DNA from: Eledone cirrhosa
Taxonomy: Eukaryota
Direction of reading: 5' to 3'
Assembly: GCA_964016885.1 (NCBI GenBank)
Contig: CAXHJY010000372.1
Location: 16,124-80,123, forward strand
Length of the DNA: 64,000 nt
Shown here: piece after piece, positions 33,699 to 47,790 of the stretch
Position numbering within the stretch: position 1 is the first letter of the stretch
Layout of the letters: every line of letters begins with the position of its first letter
Notes under the pieces: model-generated
The model's input: the letters and a program-made list of their open reading frames with translations, nothing else
The model's database searches: none
What the model was told of the DNA's origin: nothing
Program-made: the position numbers and the translations under genes

Positions 33699-34121
33699 TT
33701 CCTATTTAAAACAAAATCTTCTAAGGTAATTTATTCATAAGAACCATATGTGAAGTTACTTAGTAATGAAATAATTAATGATTTTAGTAAAGCCATCAAA
33801 AATTCTTCATTAAATATCTTATCGTGCTTTCACGGGCCTCCTGTTGGGCATAACGTGTGTGAGGCTGTGTGTGGAAAGTGTGTAAGTCAGTGTATGTATG
33901 GAAAGTGTGGCTGTCAGTCAATGTGTGTTTGTGTATGTGTGTCTGTCGTGTGTGTATGTTTGTGTGTGACTGTCTGTGTGTGTGTTCATCGATGGAAATA
34001 ATTGTTGAGTAATGAGTCATTACTAATGTGTTTAGATGTTTAAGTTACTAAGATCCCATGATAGTTATGACTAAGTAGACACTTTATATATATACACACA
34101 CACACATATATATATATATGT

Positions 34122-34176
<55 letters not shown>

Positions 34177-34504
34177 CGTGTATCTGTATTAATAAAACAT
34201 CGGAGGCCATATTCAGTTGATTCAGGTTTATTTAAAATTCCATTATACATATTTCACTGAGGACTATTAGTTATGATAGCCTGAGCTCTTCAGACGGCAA
34301 AACCGAAAATAAACATTGAAAGTGAGTGTTGCTGCATATATACAAACTTTATTGGCATATTACACTCTCACACACACACGTATACACACAAACACAGAAA
34401 TGTGAGGAAAAAGCGGGCGTGAAAATGATAAGATTGACAGTATATCTCATCTCATTTCATCTGAGCTGAGCTTCCGATCAAACTATGTTATAACACACAC
34501 ATAA

Positions 34505-35235
34505 CAGATGTCTTGATCCAACGTTATCACACTGATGGAGACATATTCCAGATGTCTTGATCCAACGGTATCACACTGATGAAGACATATTCCAGATGTC
34601 TTGATCCAACGTTATCACACTGATGGAGACATATTCCAGATGTCTTGATCCAACGTTATCACACTGATGGAGACATATTCCAGATGTCTTGATCCAACGG
34701 TATCACACTGATGAAGACATATTCCAGATGTCTTGATCCAACGTTATCAAACTGATGGAGACATATTCCAGATTTCTTGATCCACCGTTATCACACTGAT
34801 GGAGACATATTCCAGATGTCTTGATCCAACGGTATCACACTGATGAAGACATATTCCAGATGTCTTGATCCATCTTTATCACACTGATGGAGACATATTC
34901 CAGATGTCTTGATCCAACGGTATCACACTGATGGAGACATATTCCAGATGTCTTGATCCAACGGTATCACACTGATGGAGACATATTCCAGGTGTCTTGA
35001 TCCAACGGTATCACACTGATGGAGACATATTCCAGATGTCTTGATCCAACGGTATCACACTGATGGAGACATATTCCAGATGTCTTGATCCAACGGTATC
35101 ACACTGATGGAGACATATTCCAGATGTCTTGATCCACCGTTATCACACTGATGGATACATATTCCAGATGTCTTGATCCACCATCAACGTTATGACACTG
35201 AAGGAAACATATCATACCAGATGACTTGATCAACA
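34505..35235. repeat. 44-bp minisatellite, 15 full units plus degenerate end units
   Basis: Unit CAGATGTCTTGATCCAACGGTATCACACTGATGGAGACATATTC, exact period 44, no spacers. Confidence 0.95.
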
Positions 35236-35392
35236 ACCGCTCCTGTCTATATATCTCTATAACTATATCTACACCTATATATATACCCTGTCACTGCCGT
35301 CTCTCTTTCTTTCTCTCTCCATCACTCACTTTCTCTCTCTCTCTCTCCCTCTCTCTGTATATATATATATATATATATATATGGGTTCAATC

Positions 35393-35540
35393 GAGGGTAA
35401 CCACAGTAAGTAAGGTACTCAATATATTAGTAGAGTATATAAAACAAATTTAATATAGAAATGGCTTCTACAGGACTAGAACTGTTTCATTCGAAGGAAA
35501 TCATCAGGAAAACCCTGTAGAAGCCATTTCTATATTAAAT
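35393..35540 (-). mobile_element. Penelope-like terminal fragment with inverted arms (copies at about 826-908 and 56835-56975)
   Basis: TATAGAAATGGCTTCTACAGG...CCTGTAGAAGCCATTTCTATA arms. The minus strand carries a CTGATGA...GAAACAGTT hammerhead-like core. Confidence 0.5.
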
Positions 35541-35564
35541 TGGTCATATATATATAGTGTATAT

Positions 35565-35628
<64 letters not shown>

Positions 35629-36161
35629 GGACCTCGTTTGCCTTAAAAATGTGAAGGGGACAAACCAACATTTGTTGAATTGCTTATGGTGTCTTTCCCG
35701 GACCCTATCATATAAGTAAAAGTTTACGCGAATTAAATTTTATATATTCAAATGAAGTTCAGATATAAAAGAATAAGCTTAAAAAGAATTTATTATATCA
35801 AATAAACAAAAAATAAAATATAGACGTTTGAAAAATTGTGGGTTACTTGTCCCCTGCTACCCCCTGAAGCAAGGCACTTGTATATATATATATTTATGTG
35901 CTTGAGTGTGTGTGTGTGTAGCATGCATTGGTGACATGTATGTGTTTATTGAATGTTTAAGTGTGTGTAAGAGAGGAGAGGGGTGTGGGATGGGGTGCTA
36001 AATAGATAACGAGATATAGATACGAGGTAAGATAACTCCTGTAAGATAACTGGTCTTTAGTACTTAGCTTTAAGTGACGCATGATGTGTTAAGACATGTC
36101 ATACATATCTAAGATATTGACAACTGATAAAGATAAGACTGAGACACACACAGACACACGA

Positions 36162-36282
<121 letters not shown>

Positions 36283-36347
36283 GTGTATATATATATGTAT
36301 ATATGTATATATATGTGTATATATATATGTATATATATATATATGTC

Positions 36348-36411
<64 letters not shown>

Positions 36412-37035
36412 GAGAGTCCATCAACAAGATCCCAGACCTCATTCGCTTAACTAAAACACACAGACACACACACTTACACACACCCTCACAAACTCCCTCA
36501 CGCACACTCATATAATTACACACACACACACACTTGTAATACGTTTTCATTTTTATTATAGAAAGCATTTTTATTATATTTTATTACACATAATAAAAAC
36601 AATAAAAAATATATTTTAAAGTTGATGTTACAAGCATTTAGTTCATTGTAATAAATACCTCCTCTCTCCCTCTCTCTCACTTTCACTCTCTCCCTGTCTC
36701 TCTCTCTCACTTTCACTCTCTCTCTGTTTCACTCGCTCTGTCTCTCTTTCACTCTCTCTCTCTCTTTCTCACTTTCACTCTCTCTCTATATATAGATATT
36801 TATATATATGTATTATGTTTATATATAATGTACAGACATACATACATATAAACATACACACACACACATACATATATATATGTGTGTGTGTGTGTTTATA
36901 TGTTTGTATGTATAATATATATGTGTGTGTGTGTTTATATGTTTGTATGTATAATATATATATATATATATGTGTGTGTGCGTGTGTGTGTGTTTATATG
37001 TTTGTATGTATAATATATATATATGTGTGTGTGTT

Positions 37036-37068
<33 letters not shown>

Positions 37069-37288
37069 TTATATAAATATAGTTGTATGTATAATACATA
37101 TATGTGTGTGTGTTTGTATATATATATATATATACATATATAAATATAGTTTCCATTTGTTAATATCGTATATACATATATATATATATGTATATATGTT
37201 TGTACATATATATATTGATATATATATATATGATGAAACTCGTGTAAATTGAAATGTGATATAGTTAGCAGTGTTTGGCATATTTTTC

Positions 37289-37369
<81 letters not shown>

Positions 37370-37485
37370 GGGGAGGGTGTAGAAAGTATAAAACAAATTT
37401 AGACAGAAAAAAAGGAAACGCTCATAAAATGTTGGCCCTCACACATACACACACATATACACACACATATATATATTTCTATGTA

Positions 37486-37559
<74 letters not shown>

Positions 37560-37906
37560 GGGTGTCCCAAAAAAGTATACACACTTCAACCAGCATTCTA
37601 ATAAATATTGCCTGAACAGGCTATAAAAGTGGCTATACATACACGCAGACGCACACGCACACACACATGCGCACACATATATATATATAGAGAGAGAGAA
37701 GGGGGGAGGTAATAAACACAAGGTGTCTGTGTTAATCAGTTCCCACTTATCTGTCGTGAGAAAACATTTGACTTGTAATACCTGAATGATAGGTAAAGTA
37801 ATTTGACTAGTAGCTACCGTATACACACACACACACACATATATCTATATATATATATATATATAGATGTGTGTGTGTGTATGTTTTGACTAGATAGCTA
37901 CCACAT

Positions 37907-37965
<59 letters not shown>

Positions 37966-38013
37966 CACATGTATATATATATGTATATATATATTTCAAT
38001 TTACATGAGTTCT

Positions 38014-38090
<77 letters not shown>

Positions 38091-38138
38091 GGGGGATAAA
38101 ATAGTGCTTACGCCGTATTTGACCAAATATTATTAATT

Positions 38139-38297
38139 AGGCAGTGGATTGGCAGAATCGGTAGAGAGTTACGGCCCTTTACGTTCAAATCCCGCCGAGG
38201 TTAACTTTGCCTTTCATCCTTACGGAGTAGATAAAATAAAGTACCAGTAATGCACTGAGGTAATTGCTGGCCTTGTGCCAAAAGTAGAAACAATTAT
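38139..38297 (+). mobile_element. SINE family A
   Basis: TGGCAGAATCGG...GTTCAAATCCCGCCGAGG...CCAAAAGTAGAAACAATTA. Confidence 0.85.
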
Positions 38298-38405
38298 AAA
38301 TTAGTCTTTTAGTTGGGATTTCTAAAAAAAAAACCTCACAATGGAAAAAAACGGCCCTCATATCTTAACTAGCACAGGGCCTCATTTGTGCTAAATTCGG
38401 CACCG

Positions 38406-38440
<35 letters not shown>

Positions 38441-38667
38441 ATGTATGTACATATTTGTTTTGCAAGGCTTTTGATATGAAATCGTGTGTCGAAACAAATA
38501 TTGTTATACTTGGGGAGGGTCATATTGTTGTAATATTGCCAGAAATAATAACAGAACACACTGTCTGATTTGGGTTGAGTTTCGCCTCTGTATCTTTTAT
38601 ATCTCCATTGTTAATTTATTTGGCAATCAATGTTTATCATTGATTGATCTAACGGTTAAAAATACAG

Positions 38668-38710
<43 letters not shown>

Positions 38711-38842
38711 ATCAAAGTCCTTTCGTCGCACATCTGCAACATCATCAGTGGTACTATTATGTTTCCTCCTGTTGTATTGTATGTCTACGCCATTTTTATT
38801 TTTATTATATATATAAAAATAACAAAATAAGATGCTGAGGTT

Positions 38843-38883
<41 letters not shown>

Positions 38884-39764
38884 CAATATACATAGCTGGG
38901 CTTTGAAAATGTTTATTTATTAAACATACTATATATTTGTAGAGGTGTTGCTATTTGAAATAGAATTGTTTATGATTTTCTTTATGTTTAAACCTGTAAA
39001 TGTCTTAGAAGACAAATTAGTTGTGACATTCATTTGAATAGCTGTCTCTTTCAATCTCAAGATATATTTATTGTCTGATTAAATACAAACACATATTTTC
39101 AAACTGTCTATTTTATTAGATTTTACTAATCTATCTCTAGCGAAATGTAAATTTTATTTTAAGTGGTACAATTCCAACGACAGTTAATTTTCTTTAGAGA
39201 TTAAAAAAACATTATACATGACAAAAAAAGTACATTACTAGGAATCATATACGTTATAAAATAAATAGGATGGGTTGGTGTCTCGGTATGTAAACTAAAC
39301 GACTAATTCTAGTTTTTAAGTGGTACCATTCCTGCGACAATTAATTTTCTTTGGACATTAACAAACATTATACCAAAACATACCAAGATATTATCTTGGT
39401 TATCTTAGTTGTGGATAGTTTTTTCACAAAAAACAATTGTAATAAAAGAATTATTAAACTAAAAACTTAGTTTTGTAACCTTGTTAGATCTAAAATGCTA
39501 CACAGGGTCAGCTAGTTATACATTTTTAACATCAAGCACGTGTTTTTTTATGTATTGAGGTGGGTTGTTGGGTGTCAAATATTTTGAGATAACGTGTTGA
39601 AACATTTGAGAGAAACATTGGTAAATTATAGAACAACCACCTGTCCCCTTCCTGGAGTTCACTGAGGAAAAAATGTTTCCCCAGTTTTTTTCGTGTGCTA
39701 TCAACTAATCTAAGTTCCAAAATTCTGGCAATTGACTTTTATTCCTGGAAAACGAACACCCTGT

Positions 39765-39915
39765 CCCTAAACCTAACTCTAACCCCAAACCTAAACCTAC
39801 CCCAAACCTAAACCTAAACCTAACTCTAACGCTAATCCTAAAACTTACATTAAACCTAACCCTGACCCTAAACCTATTCCTAACACTAACCCAAACCTAA
39901 CCCTGACCCTAATCT
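39765..39915. repeat. degenerate telomere-like (CCTAAC/CCCTAA/CCTAAA)n tract
   Basis: Roughly two dozen hexamer variants, lying between 10-bp inverted repeats at 39675-39684 and 40001-40010. Confidence 0.8.
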
Positions 39916-40674
39916 GGGCTAAAGGTCTATGGCAAGTCTAAGAGGCCCAGCAACCAGGAAATATAATTATTTCTCACCAAACGTAAGAGGTTGTAAAGAT
40001 CTGGGGAAACTCCGAGGGGCTTTTTGCCCCCTTTTATTTTCCCTTTTTTTTCTACAAATCTAAGTCGGTTCCGACTTTTTTTGGAGGTTTTATTCGTTGA
40101 TAACATGGGGGAGGAAGGGAGAGAATGGCAGGGGTGAGAGAGGGAGGATAAGGAAGAGGAGGAGATGGTGGAGGTGGGTGATGATGATGTGGTTGTGATG
40201 ATGGTGGTGGGGTAATGGTTAGAGGATAATGGTGGTGTGTGGTTGTCGTGGTTTTGTTGTTAATGGTGGTGGCGGGTGGGTGTTGAATAAGATGGATGGG
40301 TGGTAGCATATGTGGAGTGATGGATAGTGGGAGGGGTGTGGGTTGTGAGGGAGGGGGTGGGGACAGTGGAGGGTAGGTTGGGGTGGGGGAAATGATTAGT
40401 CGACGGGGAAACGGGAAAGGAGGTGTGTGGACGGGTGGGGAACGGGTGGCGATAAAAGACCGGAAAAAATAGGCAGGGTGGGGATATTGAGGGGTGTCAG
40501 AGAAAACTAGAGAGAGATGTGGGAGAGATGAGAGAGAGAGAGAGATGTGTGTGAGAGAGAGAGTGAGATGTGAGAGAGATGTGAGAGAGAGATGTGAGAG
40601 GGAGAGAGAGATGAGAGAGAGATAGAGATGTGAGAGAGAGAGATGAGAGAGAGATAGAGATGTGAGAGAGAGAG

Positions 40675-40705
<31 letters not shown>

Positions 40706-41187
40706 TGTGGGAGAGAGAGATAGAGATGTGAGAGAGAGAGATGAGAGAGAGAGAGATGTTCTGAAACAATTTTTATTGCAGGTTGGTTAGTTTTCAGTAA
40801 GTTGGCCGAATAAGGTCAAGTATCTCTCTCTCTCTCTCTGTCGTATACATATATATACGCATATACATACATAGATATATATATACATAGATATATACAC
40901 ATAGATTTATACATACATACAGACATATATATATACATACATACATATATATATACACACATATTTACACACATATATACACACATACATTATAATAAAT
41001 GTTCGGTAAACCCATACGTACATATATATATATGTGTGCATGTATATATATATATATGTGTGTGCATGTATGTATATATATACATACTACTGTACGTCTG
41101 TATACATATATGTATGTACGTGTACATACATACGTTTAAGTATCAGCGTACTAAGAGTGAGAAATGAAATTTCGTTTCATTCTTTTC

Positions 41188-41221
<34 letters not shown>

Positions 41222-41402
41222 CATACACACATATATATACATACATATACATACACACATATATACATATACATATATATATATATATATACATACACTC
41301 ACATATATATATATATACATATATACACTCACACAAACTGACGTGCTCTAATATTCGTTTATTAACCCTCAGTCGACCAACTTATCTGACAGTGAGTTTA
41401 TC

Positions 41403-41470
<68 letters not shown>

Positions 41471-41589
41471 GGTATTGCTCTACCGGAGAGATAGAGAGAG
41501 ACGGAGAGGGGAAGAGAGAAGCCGGTGATGAAAATATCTTATGACAGTTTCACCTCTGACACATTTATCTTCCCTTTTTTCCCACCCCA

Positions 41590-41760
41590 CGCTACCCCAC
41601 ACCACCCCGGTCCACCCCCACAACACCCCGGACCACCCCACACCGCCCCGGTCCACCCCACACCACCCCGGTCCACACCACCCCACGTCACACCACGCCA
41701 CCCCGGTCCACTCCACTCCACATCACCCCACGCGACCCCGGTCCACTCCACGTCACCCTA
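41590..41760. repeat. C-rich minisatellite (CACCCCGGTCCAC core)
   Basis: About 6 imperfect units. Confidence 0.8.
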
Positions 41761-42670
41761 ATACCCCCCATCTTGCACGCACCACATCATAACCACCCGA
41801 TTCTCTCTCTCTCTACCAGACTCTATCTAAGTAAAGGAGGTAGGGTGGTTGTTCCAGTATGTCTCCCCCACCTCAGTGTCCTCCTCCCCCGGGGTAATAT
41901 ATTCTCCGTGGTGTCGGTTCCCGAACCCCGGGGCCGAGGGAGGGTCATTTAGCTGGAGGTTACTCGATCGCACGTCACACAGCCCACACCATACACAAAA
42001 TAGGTTTTTGTACACGCGATCGGCGCCAGGTCAGGCTCTCTGCTGCCCCTCAGGCCAATGAGGGTAAACTGTCCAAGTATTGGCCCTCTCTCTGATGGTA
42101 GCCCCTGTAGTAGTGGAGACTACCTGTGTTCTCGGTCCCCAGATCACATCTCTATTCAATGCTACCAGAGCGAAGTTGGCGAGGTGCAGTGGCAGTTCCA
42201 GCGTGTCCCTCTCGGGCCGTTCTGTGGGCCAATGTATTCGCCATCCTGTGGGTCGGGACCACGAGGTGGTGGAGGGTAAGTTACTAAATACAGTGATACC
42301 TCGCAATACGAGTTTAATTCATTCCATGGCCGAGCTCGTTTTACGATTTCCTCGTTTTACGATTACACATATATACTCACACAAGTATATAGACTGTTTC
42401 TGTCTGTTGGTCTGTCTCTCTCTCTCCCTCTCTCTATCTATCTATCTCTAGCTCTGCCCCCCCCCTCTCTCTCTCTCTTTATCTATCTCTCTCTCTCTCA
42501 CTCTGTCTCAGTTTTTCTCCCTCTCACTCTGCTTCTGTCTCTCTCTCTCCCCTTCTCTTTCCCTCTACACACGCGTGTCCTTACACACACACACACACAC
42601 ACACACTCTCTCTCTCTCTCTCTCACACACCCACACCCATACACACACACCGTCCTTTTTCTCCAATATA

Positions 42671-42749
42671 CAGGGTGTCCCCCAGAAATATATACACATA
42701 TTTACTAGAATACTGTTGAAGTGAGTATACATTTTTGTGGGACACCCTG
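42671..42749. mobile_element. Tc1/mariner-type MITE
   Basis: TA|CAGGGTGTCCC...GGGACACCCTG|TA. Partial copies at about 37557, 43800-43860 and 48796-48868. Confidence 0.8.
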
Positions 42750-43472
42750 TATATATGGCAGTGAATATGAAACGAATTGTTTAGCTGGGAGCAGAGGGGG
42801 GGGGAGATAAGTGAGAAGAGTCGGGGTGGGGAGGAGAGACAGTTGAGGGTGGTGGGTGACTAGAGTAGGAGGTAGATGAGGTTTGGGGCTAGGGTAGAAG
42901 GCTAGGGTAGGGGTTTAGAGGAGGGGTGCTAGGGTAGGGGGTTAGAGGAGGGTGGATGTAGTGGACTAGGGTAGTGGTTTGATGAGGAGGGATGGGGCTA
43001 GAGTAAGGAGTTAAAGGAAGGAGGAGGGGAGACAGTTGAGGGTGGATGAGGTGGTCTAGGGTAGGGGGTAGAAGGTCGGGTGGGGAAGGTAGGGTAGGGT
43101 AAAGATGCAGGTCAGGTTAGCTTGGGGTGTTTAAGGCATTCGTGAGGTTAAGTAAATAAGGGGTTTTTTGAGAGATTTTTATAGGACCTGGTGAAGAAAG
43201 AATGAGTGTGTGTGTGTGTGTATATATATGTGTGTGTATATGTGTGTGTGTATATGTGTGTGTGTATGTATGGGTATATATGTGATTGTGTATGTATATA
43301 TGTGTGTGTATCTGTATGTGTGAAGTGGGGGTGAAAGGGAGGGGTTTGTACTTAAGACATACAAACTTCCTTGCTTCATATTAGAAAAATAATCGTTCTT
43401 TCTTTCTCTCTGTCTCCCCCTCTCTCTTTTAACAACCCTACCCTAAGTTACTATATATATATATATATCCCT

Positions 43473-43568
<96 letters not shown>

Positions 43569-43705
43569 ATGTGTGTATATATATGTATGTGTGTATATGT
43601 ATGTGTGTATATCTATGTATGTATGTGTGTATATATGTATGTATGTGTGTATATATATATGTATGTATGTGTGTATATATATGTATGTATGTGTGTATGT
43701 GTGTG

Positions 43706-43738
<33 letters not shown>

Positions 43739-44550
43739 ATATATCTATCTATATATATGTATTATACATATATATGTATATGAATGTATATGTGTGTGTA
43801 TAACACACATTTTGATTATAACGCTGTTGAAGTGTGTATACATTTTTTGGGGACACCCTGTATATAGTACCATGAATATTTCAGAACTTGCGATCAATTC
43901 TTTTGAGCACGTCACTTCCTGCTTAAAAAAGGTCAGAGGTCAAATGTCTTTTCTTCTCTTTGTTTTCTAATCACATTCGGAGGGAACTTCAAAGATCCCT
44001 AAAGCCCTCATCCACCCCACCTCATATACCCGACCACCCTTACTTTCCACAAAACATCCATTAATCCATTGACCAAATAAATATCTTACTAGAATGTTTT
44101 CACTATGTCTACCTACCTAGCATAATGGATTAACCTGTTGGTAGTTTCTATATCTCTGATATAGGGGTCAGAGAGTGCAACATCTGGGGGAGGCGGGTAT
44201 ACACACCCCACCTAATGTATATATGTGTACATAAGAGAGAATGAATATATGTATGTATGATATAGTCGTAGGGGCGCCGTAGGCATTTCTTGGCCATTTT
44301 TTAAGCCCGGTTGAGCTCATCCCTCCCCAGGTCTGAGTACAGCAGATTTCTTCCAGAGATTAGAGAGGAAGAATCGACCCCAGTACTAGACTGGTATTTT
44401 CTGACTTATTTCTGAACTAGCCGTCGAAACGGCCGGAGCTCAGCCGTTGGGGTCCTGACTCTTTTCATATTACCCACTCTACTACCCTAAGTATCGAGTA
44501 CTCTGGTGCATTATGGTCCACCTGGTATCTTCTTACCACACTTTCTTTTC

Positions 44551-44595
<45 letters not shown>

Positions 44596-45467
44596 GGTTC
44601 GAACACAAAAGAACCAAACTCCCAAAGCTAAAAAGCATTTGATTGCCATATCGATCTTTGCATGGCGTACATTTCTGTCTCGTGACATTTTTCGTGGGGG
44701 GGCGCTCGCCCATTAACCCACCGGAGTTTACCTAAATGCCCGTATGACCTGGACCCCTCTGATTAGGGGTATATAGTACAGGGTTGGTTTCGAATTACCA
44801 TGTAGTATATCTAAACGGAAGATACTAAAAGCTCTTATCCACAGTCGCTGAGGCATTACATACATAATTTGGAGATAAATGTAAAAAGATGATAAAAAAA
44901 AAAGACTAAAACTTTCATCTTTAAAGATAAAAAATTATTGGTAATGATCCGAAAAAATTCTAATCACATAAACAGCAGCTAATTCCGAATATTTGGGTAT
45001 TTAAAGAATTTAGAATGGAGGAGGTATGGTTTGATGGGTAGACATGGTTGTGTGGTTAAGAATTTCTCTCCAAGAAAACCCACGTGCTTTCGAGGTTTTA
45101 TCTAATCGGGGCCGATATGATGAAGTAACACGGCCCCTTCACACTTCAGTTCTTTAATTTATTTTCTTTTACATGAGATTGCTGTTTATCAACAAGGTGA
45201 TATACTCATCACCGCGCTCTGCATTTCTGAGTTCAAATCCCTCCCCACCTTGGGGTCAATGTTACCCTCTCGCCCCTTTCAGTTCAGGGTAGTGAATGAA
45301 TTGGCGAGATTGTTAGAGAGTTGGACACAATACCTTATAGCAGAGGTCCCCAACCCCTGGATAAATAAATTGGGTATAATACCAGTTTCTTTCCAAATGC
45401 GAAGAAGCTCGATATATTAACCCCTTAGGAAAATACACAGAGCATGATTTTTTAAAATTATATATAT

Positions 45468-45667
45468 ACAGTGGAGGGCAGAGGATTGACAGTATCAGTA
45501 GAGGGTCGGACGCCATGCTTTGTAGCATAGAGTTACACCCTTTTACGGTCTGAGTTCAAATCCCGCCGAGGTTAACTTTGCCTTTCATCCTTACGGGGTC
45601 GATAAAATAGAGTACCAGTAATGCACTGGTATAATTGCTGGCCTTGTGCCAAAAGTAGAAACAATTA
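45468..45667 (+). mobile_element. SINE family A, full length
   Basis: Head, B-box, core and tail all present. Confidence 0.85.
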
Positions 45668-46217
45668 TATATATACAGTGGCGGTAGAACTAGGGTGGGT
45701 GGTATGCCCCCACTCCAATTATTATATTTTCTCCCCAAACTACCAAAGCACACATCTATTTGGATATATGCTACAATTTATGTACATCTTATATTTATCT
45801 CATATGAAAGTTTTCTGACCATTTTAGAGTGCAAACAGCTAAACTATTCACTACAACTAAATTGTCCAAATTTGGTCCCCAATCCCCACCAATTCAGAAA
45901 TACCTCCACCGCTCCTGCTATGACGATAGATAAGCTAATCTTTTTGGCTTCTAACCTCACCTTTATTACAATCCTGTTACAGGATAAGTAACAAAGATAT
46001 TTGAAGTAGAAGAAGGAGTGAGAGAGAGAAAGAGAGATTGCTCTCTCTCTCTCTGTCTCACCACCCAATAAATGTAAATCTATTGGTATTTAAATAGCAG
46101 TCACAAAAGTATACATTTACACCCCCGCCACACATACACTGTCAGACTCACACACATATATATATATATATATATATCTGTGTGTGAGTGTAGTCTATAT
46201 ATATACACATACATATA

Positions 46218-46400
46218 ATTTATCTACTTTTGGCACAAGGCCGGCTAATTCCCCAGTGTATTACTGGTATTTTATTTTATTGACCCCCCGTAAGGATGAA
46301 AGGCAAAGTTAACCTCGGCGGGATTTGAACTCAGAACGCAAAGGGCCATAGCTCTCTGCTGCAGAACATGGTGTCCGACGCTCTACCGATCACTGCTAAT
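46218..46400 (-). mobile_element. SINE family A
   Basis: Reverse complement of the consensus; inverted relative to 45468-45667. Confidence 0.85.
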
Positions 46401-46847
46401 CCCCCACCCTAGATATAATGTCACCTTTCACTGTAGCTAGATGGAGAAGCAGTGTTGAAATGTCCAATGTCACAAGATAACATAGAAAGCGACAGAATGA
46501 CCAATTTTGCTGATAAACTGAAATCTTTTCCGTCGTTCAAGTCTTAACAAGGATTTGTGTTGGACGTCAACAGAAATATTTTACATCAACTGAGATTAAA
46601 TATGTTGGTACTTCTCTACCACACTACCACACTACCACACTACCACACTACCACTCTACCACCACACATACCTTATTTAACCACTTTACGTATATGTATG
46701 TGTATATATATATATATCACTTTTCCTCTACTATAATCTTTTTACACCACTTTCTTCCACTCACCCGTCTATTCTTCACTCCCACCCTAGTACCTTCAAC
46801 CAATTCAACCCCACCCGTCCCTTCAATCTATTTTATTTCTCATTCTT

Positions 46848-46883
46848 TCTTCTGATGAAGGACTAGCGTCCGAAACGTTAAGA
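46848..46883 (+). ncRNA. minimal type-I hammerhead ribozyme motif (Penelope-like element remnant)
   Basis: TCTT-CTGATGA-A-GGAC(TAGC)GTCC-GAAA-C-GTT^AAGA: 4-bp stem I, 4-bp stem II, palindromic helix III. Confidence 0.65.
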
Positions 46884-47396
46884 CCCTCTTCCTGCTATAT
46901 GAAGCGTTAACCTAATATATTCCTTCCATATACTGTACCGATTGTGTTATATCTGTTTACCTTTTACAAATATATATATATATATATATAGTTTAATAAA
47001 TGAACAGAGAACAAAAAACAGAAAAAGGAAGAGGCAGTACAAATGATATTAGTATTAGTTTCACGCTTGAGTGTGGGGAGGGTATATATATATATATAGT
47101 GTGTATTCCCTTCTCCTTACTCAACCGCACCACCCAAGACGACGAACATAACTGCCACCACAACCAATTCCACCAGCACCACCATCATCATTGTCACCAC
47201 CACCACCACCACCATCATCATTGTCACCACCACCACCATCATCATCCGTCAACAAATAGAATGAAGATGTTTTTCTATAAAACAATATGTTGTGTTGTTC
47301 ACAATCTCAATGTCGGGTTTGTCAGCAGCGAATCAATGGAGATAGTTTCTGATATATATATATAATATATATATATAATATATATATATAATATAT

Positions 47397-47428
<32 letters not shown>

Positions 47429-47443
47429 ATATATATATATAAT

Positions 47444-47488
<45 letters not shown>

Positions 47489-47559
47489 GAGAGAGAGAGG
47501 GGGGAAGAGGTGTCAAAGTCAGAGTATAATAATTACATTATTCAGATGTGACAGGTGTT

Positions 47560-47790
47560 TCGCTATTGATCAGCTCAAAGTCCAATCCAACCATTTTGCT
47601 CGGGGTCTACCCCAGTGTCTCTTGCCGGTTGGTTCTATCCAGCAATTCTTTCCTGAGACATCCTAACCACATCTCCATAGTATTGGAGCTGTCATCTCAC
47701 AAGTAACATTACTCTAAACACTCGTCGGAGAAAACCCCATTCTCGTTCGCTTGTATTCGCGATCGTATTCTTTCGGTCATTACTCAAGAT
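47560..47790 (-). mobile_element. RTE LINE C-terminal remnant (second copy at about 52020-52215)
   Basis: Minus strand reads YGDVVRMSQERIA...GRPRAKW across a frameshift. Confidence 0.55.

Noticed and set aside
34505-35235. CRISPR-like regular array
   Set aside because: Units are contiguous with no unique spacers, there are no cas genes, and the context is eukaryotic.
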